Shown piece after piece: positions 39,741 to 47,806 of a stretch of DNA of 64,000 bases. The position numbers and the translations under genes are program-made. The notes below the pieces were generated by a model. It searched no databases. It saw nothing but the letters and a program-made list of their open reading frames with translations, and was not told where the DNA came from. Location: NCBI GenBank assembly GCA_964479945.1, contig CAYZNS010000001.1, forward strand, positions 11,493 through 75,492. The letters are read 5' to 3'. Source of the DNA: an uncultured Candidatus Saccharibacteria bacterium. GTDB taxonomy: Bacteria > Patescibacteriota > Minisyncoccia > Ryanbacterales > 2-02-FULL-48-12. Position 1 is the stretch's first letter, and each line of letters starts with the position of its first letter.

Positions 39741-39904
39741 CCTCAAGTGCTATTATGTGGTTATTATAAACGGTTATTTTTAAGATAGGCTCTAGTTTCC
39801 GAAAGTCCACACGATCGCATGTTGTTTCGGAAAGATTGATAAAGGTGAACTCCGAATTTTTTCGGAAAACAAAAAGCGGACCGCTGTAGATCCGCCATGA
39901 CACA

Positions 39905-40570
39905 TCACGCAATACTATCGTCATCTGGCAGTTTTACACCAACGGCCTTTAGACGAAACTTTAAAAGTTCAATATGCTCTTTGGCACCATTAAACACGAC
40001 TCCTTTCATTCCAAGCTGCATAGCCGCTTCTACATACGAAGCAACATCATCAATAACAACGCATTCTGATGGCTTAAGCCCATATCGCTGTTCGAGATCC
40101 ACGGCAACTACGCCATAAAGTTTTGGCTTCAGGCAGCGTGCATTACCAGAAGCATATACATGATCAAACCGTAAGCCATATTCCATAAACAACATCCGCG
40201 GGACATATTCGCTTCCGTAATCACCGTTAGACACAGCAAACATTTTGTACGTTTTTTTAAGCGAACACGCCAATTTCACTGTCGATTCTATAGGACGCAG
40301 ATGACAGACAAACATAGAAACAAAATCGTGAAATTGCATATCCCGCCGACTGATGCCGCCCACTTTGCACACACGCCGCCAAAGATCCTGAAAACTCATC
40401 TCGCCCGTATCCAACCTTTGGTAAACCGCTTCTCCCCACTGACTACCAAAGATAAGCGAAGCAGTTTTACTATTGCCACCGTAGTAGTCCACTATTTTCT
40501 GGATAACATCCTTTCGCTCCCAAAATGTAACGTATACACGACCGAAGTCATTCAGAATTGCTTTTATCAC
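39905..40570 (-). CDS. HAD-superfamily hydrolase-like protein (degenerate motif I)
   Basis: C-terminal VVIDDVASYVEAAMQLGMKGVVFNG (HAD motif III/IV-like). N-terminal LNDFGRV replaces the canonical DxDGTL. GTG start behind an AAGGAG RBS. Confidence 0.5.
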   Translation of the reverse strand: MIKAILNDFGRVYVTFWERKDVIQKIVDYYGGNSKTASLIFGSQWGEAVYQRLDTGEMSFQDLWRRVCKVGGISRRDMQFHDFVSMFVCHLRPIESTVKLACSLKKTYKMFAVSNGDYGSEYVPRMLFMEYGLRFDHVYASGNARCLKPKLYGVVAVDLEQRYGLKPSECVVIDDVASYVEAAMQLGMKGVVFNGAKEHIELLKFRLKAVGVKLPDDDSIA

Positions 40571-40580
40571 TTGGTTCCGC

Positions 40581-40620
40581 TCCTTTCCAAAATTCTGCCA
40601 TAACTTATATCACGTTCATG
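40581..40620 (-). promoter_or_regulatory. duplicated promoter/RBS module, copy 2
   Basis: See copy 1; GATATAAGTTATGGCAGAATTTTGGAAAGGAG. Confidence 0.5.
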
Positions 40621-40815
40621 AAATCAACGCAACAGCATACAAAATCGTTCAAAACCTCCCACGATTACGTGTTGCAAAGATGACATATATAAATGTGATC
40701 GCATTTTAATATGTCATCTTTAGCTCTTTCTAACCTCCGATGTTTTGCTGACAGTTGTACAAAAAAACGGCATCGGTCTGCTGGATGCAAACGGATGCCG
40801 TACAAAATTACTCAG

Positions 40816-41529
40816 TTACATGATTTGCTGACCCTGATCATCATATAAACAAGTAGGGTTCTGCGCAAGCGCTTCATCAAATGATGCAAACTCGCAGAAC
40901 CAATTTTTTCCTCGTAGCTCGTCATATATCTGGGCGAGCCACCTCCATTCAGATGCACGGTGCAAACCATCAAACCGGATAAGGCCTTTCCGCATTCCTT
41001 CCCGTCGAAGTAAGAATGCTCGCAGACAGTCCACATATTTCCTGTGATGGCCGAGCGTATCATCCGGAATCGCGGTGAGTGGGTAAAAAGTCCCGTTTGT
41101 CGGCTCACCTTCCACCTCACAGTACCAAAAGTGATTCATCTGCTGGCCCGGTACCCATCCGGTTTCCGGCCGGGTGCTGAAACGGCGGATAAACTCGAAA
41201 TTCACCAACTTAAGGCCTGTCTCGGAGGCAATTGTCCGTTTAACCCACGCTTCATCATCTTCGCCGCGCAGAATGTATTTCCCCGGCATGTGATGGCCTG
41301 TGTAGTCATCATCCCGAAACCACATGAGTACATGCGGCTCGTGGTTGATGGTGCGGACAATCGCGCATTCGGAGGGCACTGCCGGGAAAATCGCGAACAT
41401 AATTGCCTCAAAAATATCTTTCCCGGTTCTCTGCCATCCAACCTTTTTCAAAAGGCCCAATAACTGCTGCTGTTCTTCCGGCAATAATTGCGTTACCGCC
41501 GGCTGTTCATCCCACATCGGATGCTTCAT
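40816..41529 (-). CDS. Nudix-like protein (degenerate Nudix box), paralog of the adjacent gene
   Basis: GKYILRGEDDEAWVKRTIASETGL region aligns to the Nudix box of the neighbouring protein. Confidence 0.5.
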   Translation of the reverse strand: MKHPMWDEQPAVTQLLPEEQQQLLGLLKKVGWQRTGKDIFEAIMFAIFPAVPSECAIVRTINHEPHVLMWFRDDDYTGHHMPGKYILRGEDDEAWVKRTIASETGLKLVNFEFIRRFSTRPETGWVPGQQMNHFWYCEVEGEPTNGTFYPLTAIPDDTLGHHRKYVDCLRAFLLRREGMRKGLIRFDGLHRASEWRWLAQIYDELRGKNWFCEFASFDEALAQNPTCLYDDQGQQIM

Positions 41530-41552
41530 TCTTCACCTCCGTTCTTTAATCT

Positions 41553-42230
41553 TCAAGCGGTTTGTTGCGGCGTAACCAGATGCCACATGTGGCGAATTGC
41601 CTCATTAATATACGGCGCGTAGTCCTGTTGGATCGGAAGCATATTCGGCGGACACTCTTCAAACCAGGCGCAGTCGCCACCCACAGGTTTCTCCGGGTCG
41701 ACAGCAGGCTGCGCGATAAGCCCACCAACCACCTGGCAGCGGTATAAGATCGGGGCATCCCGAAAGCGCGGGCTACCGATCTGGTCAAAAACCTTAAGCA
41801 CTTCAAAAGGCCGAACCTCTAGCCCGGTCTCATCTCGTGCGCAACGCACCACAGCCTCTATAAATGTCTCGCTTTCCTTAGGATATGTCCCGGGCGTATG
41901 CCATCCTTCGCCAAATACCGGATGCAACCGCCATTCAAGGAGGACTTGCCCTTCATGGATGATAACCGCCTCCACCGCGACAACCGGCCCCGCCTTTCTC
42001 TTGATCGGCTCAAACGCGGCACCATGCCGCTCCGGTAACCAATTCTCAAGTTGGTATGCAAGCAGCTCCTTGCCCCGGTCATTAAACTTCCCTTCATCGA
42101 AGCATTCCAGTCCCTCAAGATATGCTTGGAAGAATTGTACATCCTCCTGTGTCATTTCCGCCATTTCTGGCCTCCTTCTTGGAAAAGATAGATTCTCATA
42201 CTGTATAGCAATATTCTGGAACATTGTCAA
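41553..42230 (-). CDS. Nudix hydrolase family protein
   Basis: PGTYPKESETFIEAVVRCARDETGLEV resembles the Gx5Ex7REUxEExGU Nudix box. Confidence 0.6.
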   Translation of the reverse strand: MTMFQNIAIQYENLSFPRRRPEMAEMTQEDVQFFQAYLEGLECFDEGKFNDRGKELLAYQLENWLPERHGAAFEPIKRKAGPVVAVEAVIIHEGQVLLEWRLHPVFGEGWHTPGTYPKESETFIEAVVRCARDETGLEVRPFEVLKVFDQIGSPRFRDAPILYRCQVVGGLIAQPAVDPEKPVGGDCAWFEECPPNMLPIQQDYAPYINEAIRHMWHLVTPQQTA

Positions 42231-42258
42231 TAATCATCCAATATGCTATTATACTCGC

Positions 42259-43146
42259 ATGGAGAATACGAAAAAACGCGTGCTCATAACTGGTGCCGGC
42301 GGGATGCTCGGAAGCGCTTTTACGACGCATTGTATGGAAAAAAAATACAACACGCGCGCGCTGGACCATGCCGCGCTAGACGTGGAAAACCGCGCGGCAG
42401 TACGCACACAACAGAAATGGAGCCCGGATTGGATTATTCACTGCGCGGGTATTGTGAATGCCGATTTTTGCGAAGAGAATCGCGATGCGTGTTTCAAAAA
42501 CCATGTGGAAGGAACGCAACATATCGTGGAGCTTGCGAAAACAACCGGCGCCAAACTGCTCTATCCGCAATCGTTTCTCATTTTTGACGGCAAAGAAAAT
42601 CCTATCACTGAAGAAACCGTCCCTGACCCCCTTTCGGTGTATGGCGAGGCGAAATGGGAAGCGGAACAACGGGTGCGCAAAGAATTGCCCGACGCGCTCG
42701 TCGTCCGCATGGGCGGGTTTTTCGGCGGCGAAGAAAAAGACAAAAACTTTGTCGGCAAGTTCGCGCGTCATCTGAAAAAATGTCTTGACGAAAGTATCAA
42801 AGAAATATCCATAGGAAAAAGAGTTTGGCAGCCAACCTACACCAAAGACCTGGCGGAAAACTGTGTATTGCTTTTGGAACACGAAAAAATCGGCGTATAC
42901 AATATGGCAAGCCATGGTGAGGCATCGTTTTATGACGTGGCATCTGCAATGGTGGAAATCCTTGGAATTGACGACAAAATCACCATCACGCCGTCAACAG
43001 ACGAATATAAAGAAAACGCAAAACGCCCCGACCGCGCCGTGATGGAAAACAGAAGATTGCAAGAAGAAGGGTTGGATAGAATGAGGGGGTGGAAAGATGC
43101 GTTGGGAGAATATCTTTCGCAAAAATATTTTAAAGAATTATTCTAA
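42259..43146 (+). CDS. RmlD-like NAD(P)H-dependent 4-keto-sugar reductase (dTDP-4-dehydrorhamnose reductase family)
   Basis: RVLITGAGGMLGSAF...DWIIHCAGIVNADFCEENRDACFKNHVEGTQHIVELAK is RmlD substrate-binding-domain-like. ATG at 42259 chosen to avoid overlapping the convergent Nudix gene. Stop TAA lies inside the MITE terminal repeat. Confidence 0.75.
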   Translation: MENTKKRVLITGAGGMLGSAFTTHCMEKKYNTRALDHAALDVENRAAVRTQQKWSPDWIIHCAGIVNADFCEENRDACFKNHVEGTQHIVELAKTTGAKLLYPQSFLIFDGKENPITEETVPDPLSVYGEAKWEAEQRVRKELPDALVVRMGGFFGGEEKDKNFVGKFARHLKKCLDESIKEISIGKRVWQPTYTKDLAENCVLLLEHEKIGVYNMASHGEASFYDVASAMVEILGIDDKITITPSTDEYKENAKRPDRAVMENRRLQEEGLDRMRGWKDALGEYLSQKYFKELF

Positions 43147-43599
43147 TTGCTCTAATTATTCTAATTGACCTAATGAAATCCCAATGACCAATACAGATAT
43201 ACCAAAACGTAAATATGATCTTGAAGAAAGAACCGCAACATTCGGAGAAAATATCATCAAGTTTGCAAAGAAAATTCCTATTAATGATGTGACCAAGCGC
43301 ATTGTTCCTCAACTTGTAGCGGCTGGTACTGCTATTGGTGCTAACTATTGCGAGGCCGATGATGCTGAATCAGGAAAAGATTTTAAACATAAAATAGGGA
43401 TATCTAAGAAAGAGGCATGAGAAACGAAACATTGGCTTCGTATGATAGTGGTGGCTGCGTCAGAACTAAAGGATGAAGCACGCACGTTATGGAAAGAAGC
43501 TAATGAACTAAACCTTATTTTCAATGCCATAACCAGAAAAATCAACGATAAGAAAAAATAATTGGTGCTTTTGGTATTGGGGTTTCCTTAGAATAATTT
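43136..43599 (+). mobile_element. full-length TIR element (copy D, ~465 bp) carrying a four-helix-bundle-protein gene
   Basis: Left terminal repeat AATTATTCTAATTGCTCTAATTATTCTAATTGACCTAATGAAATCCCAATGACC and right end GGTATTGGGGTTTCCTTAGAATAATTT match the ends of the short copies. The interior is the four-helix-bundle ORF. Confidence 0.65.
43184..43561 (+). pseudogene. four-helix-bundle protein (TIGR02436 / 23S rRNA intervening-sequence protein family) interrupted by an in-frame TGA at 43418-43420
   Basis: ...LEERTATFGENIIKFAKKIP...VPQLVAAGTAIGANYCEADDAESGKDFKHKIGISKKEA*ETKHWLRMIVVAASELKDEARTLWKEANELNLIFNAITRKI. The family signature continues in frame across the TGA. Confidence 0.7.
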
Positions 43600-43601
43600 A
43601 T

Positions 43602-44648
43602 ATGCTGCTTCTCTCTCCATTCAACAAAAACGGCTTATCGCTCAAAAACCGCGTGGTAATGTCCGCCATGACGCGGAATTTTGCCGACAAAGACCACAAC
43701 CCTACCGATCTTATGCGCGCATATTACGAACGCCGGGCTGCAAACGATGTCGGGCTTATTTTGACGGAAGGCACTATCATCCACCCCAGCGGCGACGGCT
43801 ACCCCGATGTGCCATATATCTATACCAGCGCGCAAGTAGAAGTATGGAAGCGTATTACCGACGCCGTTCATCAGCACGATACAAAAATTTTCTGCCAGCT
43901 TTGGCACTGCGGGCGCATCTCGCATCCGGACTATCTGGGCGGCGCGCTGCCGGTTTCCTCCTCTGCCGTACTCCCGGAAGGCAATGCCCCGCATATGCAA
44001 GTGCCTATGATCACACCGCGCGCGTTAGAACACGATGAAATCCCCGAAATCGTAGAGATGTTCGCAGAAGCGACAAGAAAGGCCCTTGCAGCCGGGTTTG
44101 ACGGCGTGGAAATACACGGCGGGCATGGCTATATTGTTGACCAATTTTTCGACAGCCGCATCAACCGGCGCACGGACGAATATGGCGGCAGCGTGGAAAA
44201 CCGCTGCCGGTTCGGGCTGGAGGTTGCAAAAGCCGTGCTGGAAGTCGCCGGTCCCGAACGTACGGCGCTGCGCATCTCGCCCTCGCGCGACATGAAAGGC
44301 CTCTACGAATGGCTCAACTTGGAAGAGATGCTTACTTATCTTATCCCGCAACTTGATAAAGCGGGCTTGCACATCCTGGATATTAGCTGCGCCCGCAGCG
44401 ACACCGTAAACATATACGAATCAACATCGGGAAAGATAGTGCGCATGGTACGCGCAATGTGGCCGCATATTATCATGGCGGGTGCAAGTTTGCCGGCCGA
44501 ACGCGCAGATGAAGAAATAGAAAACGGCATGGTTGATCTTATAACCTACGGGCGGTTTATTTTAGCAAACCCCGATTTCGTAAAAAAAATAGCAGCGGGC
44601 GAGCCGCTGGTTCCGTATGATCCTGAGATGAGAAAAACGTTGTATTAA
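43602..44648 (+). CDS. Old Yellow Enzyme-family NADH:flavin oxidoreductase (alkene reductase)
   Basis: LKNRVVMSAMTRN, HGGHGYIVDQFF, and the C-terminal OYE barrel. Confidence 0.85.
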   Translation: MLLLSPFNKNGLSLKNRVVMSAMTRNFADKDHNPTDLMRAYYERRAANDVGLILTEGTIIHPSGDGYPDVPYIYTSAQVEVWKRITDAVHQHDTKIFCQLWHCGRISHPDYLGGALPVSSSAVLPEGNAPHMQVPMITPRALEHDEIPEIVEMFAEATRKALAAGFDGVEIHGGHGYIVDQFFDSRINRRTDEYGGSVENRCRFGLEVAKAVLEVAGPERTALRISPSRDMKGLYEWLNLEEMLTYLIPQLDKAGLHILDISCARSDTVNIYESTSGKIVRMVRAMWPHIIMAGASLPAERADEEIENGMVDLITYGRFILANPDFVKKIAAGEPLVPYDPEMRKTLY

Positions 44649-44865
44649 CTCAAAAACCAAAACTCAAAATGCAAAACTTAAACTCAAAACTGCAAACTGA
44701 CTTAAAATCACGCTGTTATAAATTCGGTCTTGAAGTTATTCGTTTGACCGATACCTTTCCACAATCGTGCCGCAAAAAAGGCCGGATCATGGACAAAGAC
44801 TGTGAAAAAATGCATCCCCCTATTGTCGTCGAACTGATTCAGCGCGCACGTAAAAAATAACCTCC

Positions 44866-46221
44866 ATGCAACTGTATACCACCCGCGCACTGTTTTGTCT
44901 TATACTCATAATTTTTATCACGGGCATGGGTGGATTTTTTATAGGACTGAAATTTTTTAGCGCCCATGTTTCCGACATATCGCATATTGTAACCCGCCTT
45001 GATATTCTTCACGCAAATAATAACGCGCTGTGGCGTAATTTTTCGCCAACGTGGCGTTCTTTAAAACGTGTTGTAGACCTGCCATATGTATTGTATTACG
45101 CATTTTATACAACAAAATTACCTGTCTATGAACTTTCGTTATCTCGATCAGATACAAAAAATCTCCTTGCAAATTTACCTGTGTATCCTGGAAATACACT
45201 GCTCTACGACGAACACAAAGAAGCAGTTAAAGGTTCTTTTCGTACTAGCGCTTACTTCACCGATGAGGCAAAAATTCGTTATCGTGGGCTGACATCAAGC
45301 CATTGGAATGCAAAAAAGAAATCGTGGCATATTATACTTCCCTCATCACAACCGCTTCAGGGAACACACAAACTCCGGTTTGTTTTGCCGGAAGACAGAC
45401 GCTGGGCTACATATTTAGTCAACCAGCATAGAGCGCAAAAACTCAACCTCATAATGCTTACCGCGCATTTTGGGCGACTCACTGTAAATGAAGAAAATGC
45501 GGGCATATATCTTGTGCAAGAGGGATGGACGCCCGCGTTGCTTACAAAAACCGGACGCACGCCTGACGGCATTATATTTTCTGAACGCGACGGAGCACTG
45601 CAGAAAAATCTTTTTATGCCTGAACATATAGACATGTGGGAAAACAAACTGACCGGAGAACCAGCCGCTTCACACAAAGCTCTCCGCGCCCTGCTTGATC
45701 TAATAGCAAACTCGCCGGATGATGAATTTGCCAATACACTGCCGCGTATTCTTAACATGGAAGCAACGTATAACTGGATGCTTCTTATCGCGCTCTCCGG
45801 AAGCGCGCATCAGAATAACTATGAAAACGCAGCTTTCTATTTTGATCCCTCATCAAATATGTTTGAACCGATTCCCTTTGATCTTTCGTTAAACCCTCTC
45901 GGCAGTACATGGAACCATGGAAAAAATAACCTGATACGCAGAATCATGAGCATTCCATCATTTCAAAAAGAATTCAGCGCGCGTATTGCGGCATACGTAC
46001 GCAACCCCCAGACACTGCAAGATGACCTTGCCGTATATGACATGACGGTCGACCAAATAAAACCCGACGTGTTAAGCGACATCAAAAAAATTCAGTCTTC
46101 CGCAGAAGTTCTACAATCGTTTATCGACCAACGGACAATTATAGAAACCAACGCGCATATCCTCGCTGATATGATCCGACAAAATGGAGCTATATACTAC
46201 GACCCCATCCCAAAACTCTGA
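44866..46221 (+). CDS. CotH-family (atypical kinase-like) protein with N-terminal membrane anchor
   Basis: CotH signature AKIRYRGLTSSHWNAKKKSWHIILP. Shares NFSPTWRSLKR and other blocks with the paralogs at 50490 and 52903. Confidence 0.7.
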   Translation: MQLYTTRALFCLILIIFITGMGGFFIGLKFFSAHVSDISHIVTRLDILHANNNALWRNFSPTWRSLKRVVDLPYVLYYAFYTTKLPVYELSLSRSDTKNLLANLPVYPGNTLLYDEHKEAVKGSFRTSAYFTDEAKIRYRGLTSSHWNAKKKSWHIILPSSQPLQGTHKLRFVLPEDRRWATYLVNQHRAQKLNLIMLTAHFGRLTVNEENAGIYLVQEGWTPALLTKTGRTPDGIIFSERDGALQKNLFMPEHIDMWENKLTGEPAASHKALRALLDLIANSPDDEFANTLPRILNMEATYNWMLLIALSGSAHQNNYENAAFYFDPSSNMFEPIPFDLSLNPLGSTWNHGKNNLIRRIMSIPSFQKEFSARIAAYVRNPQTLQDDLAVYDMTVDQIKPDVLSDIKKIQSSAEVLQSFIDQRTIIETNAHILADMIRQNGAIYYDPIPKL

Positions 46222-46296
46222 TTTACCGCTATAATAAAGACATTATCAGGTGAGTAATCATCAATTGCTCACAAAAATAACGATAGTGTCTTTATG

Positions 46297-46717
46297 ATAG
46301 AAGTACATCGACATCCATATAATTCGGATATAACAGGTGCGCAGTGGGAGCGCATTGAACCGTTATTGCCAAAACAGGTCGAAAAAGAAGTAATCCACGC
46401 GAGGTACTAAACGGTATTCTCTATGTGCTTTCAACCGGTTGCCGATGGAAAGACCTGCCACACGATATTAGTGCGTCTCCTTCTACCTGTAATAGGTGGC
46501 TCCTTACCGAAAGAATCATAGAACTATCTATCTTGGAAGACCGCCAAAGGATACGCACGAAAAACGGTATAACCAGCAACGGTGGAAAGTGGAACGAACA
46601 TTTAGCCGGGCGAACAATAATCGGAGAATTGATCGTATGTTGGAACGAACACAGAAATCATATCGGGCATTTATACGAGTATATATCATGAAACATTATT
46701 TAAACCTTTTATATTAA
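46297..46717 (+). mobile_element. IS5/IS1182-family transposase remnant (frameshifted, internally deleted)
   Basis: N-terminal ...ITGAQWERIEPLLP... then a frameshift to ...LNGILYVLSTGCRWKDLPHD... (DUF4096-type). Far C-terminal ...QQRWKVERTFSRANNNRRI..RYE tail. The DDE core is missing. Confidence 0.65.
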
Positions 46718-46857
46718 TGTATTTTGAGTTTTGGGATGACTTCATTGAAAACAAAGAATGAAACCAAATTTTTGCGAGCTAAAAATATTATCATTGATTT
46801 ATAGGCTTTTTATTGAAAAGTTGCACTTGTAAATTGAATTCAGCTTGAATTAATTTT

Positions 46858-47640
46858 CTATTTCTCCCACACCATCCAGGGCCGCTCCCCTTTATTGTAA
46901 TACGCATTCAATCCTTCCACGTGCTTAAACGTGTCCATGCAATGCCAAAACTTGTTGTGTTGGTAAATCGCAAGCTGTCCTTGAGACGCGATCTGCCGGA
47001 GCGGCCCTTGCTCAAAAATCATGGTACCTTCCGGCGAGAGAAACTCAAACACTTTTTTATTGCACACAAAAAATCCGCCGTTTGCCCAATCCTGCGATTG
47101 CGGCTTTTCGGTAAAGGTTGTTACTACGCCATTTGCCGCTTCAATGACCCCAAATGGATTGGGCGGCTGGACACCCGTTACCGTAACCATTTTATTTTTC
47201 TCGCGATGAAAACGGTATAAATCCAAGATATCCACGTCGGTAACGGCATCCCCGTATGTCAGCATAAACTCTTCGTCGTCCCCAATGTATTTTTGAATGC
47301 GCGCGATACGGCTGCCCGTTTCGCACGCCTGCCCCGTATCCGCGAATGTTATCTTCCAATTGGGCGTGCCATTATCGTGATGAAAAACTTCTTTCTTTCC
47401 CGAACCAAGCTTCAACGTAAAGTCATGAGCCAGCTCATCGTAGTTCAGGAAATAATTTTTTATCATATCGCCCTTGTATCCCAGGCACAAAATAAAATCG
47501 TTGTATCCGTAATGAGAATATAACTTCATAATGTGCCACAAAATAGGCCGATCGCCCACCATAACCAGCGGCTTCGGCCGATATTCCGTCTCTTCCCGCA
47601 AGCGGGTCCCCTGTCCCCCGCATAAAATAACTACTTTCAT
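46858..47640 (-). CDS. rfbF: glucose-1-phosphate cytidylyltransferase
   Basis: MKVVILCGGQGTRLREETEYRPKPLVMVGDRPILWHIMK matches the canonical RfbF N-terminus. Confidence 0.9.
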   Translation of the reverse strand: MKVVILCGGQGTRLREETEYRPKPLVMVGDRPILWHIMKLYSHYGYNDFILCLGYKGDMIKNYFLNYDELAHDFTLKLGSGKKEVFHHDNGTPNWKITFADTGQACETGSRIARIQKYIGDDEEFMLTYGDAVTDVDILDLYRFHREKNKMVTVTGVQPPNPFGVIEAANGVVTTFTEKPQSQDWANGGFFVCNKKVFEFLSPEGTMIFEQGPLRQIASQGQLAIYQHNKFWHCMDTFKHVEGLNAYYNKGERPWMVWEK

Positions 47641-47797
47641 AAATTATTCTAATTACCCTAATTGACCTAATTATTCTAAGGAAATCACAATGACCGAATG
47701 ATTTAAATCCCAAAAGAAACTATATATTGATGATTGGGTATTGGAATTTAGGCATTCCTTAGGTCAATTAGAATAATTAGATCAATTAGAATAATTC
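47641..47797 (-). mobile_element. MITE-like element, copy C
   Basis: Near-identical to copy B. Starts immediately after the rfbF ATG and ends about 10 nt before the stop of the next gene. Confidence 0.7.
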
Positions 47798-47806
47798 TCT
47801 ATACTT

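Noticed and set aside
41959-42258. 100-codon N-terminal extension of the RmlD-like ORF, and the 125-codon extension of the CotH/beta-helix ORF (50115-50489)
   Set aside because: The extensions overlap the convergent Nudix gene and the flippase gene respectively, are low-complexity, and precede clear internal ATG starts at the family-typical N-termini.
43184-43420. UGA recoding (genetic code 25) as explanation for the internal TGA of the four-helix-bundle gene
   Set aside because: Many well-supported genes in the window terminate at TGA (htrA, flippase, ugd/UXS ATGA overlap, CotH/VTC ATGA overlap) with correct family-typical C-termini. TGA is therefore a normal stop in this genome.
44669-44860. 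63-aa ORF after the OYE gene
   Set aside because: It begins inside the A-rich half of a palindromic terminator element, has no RBS and shows no conserved features.
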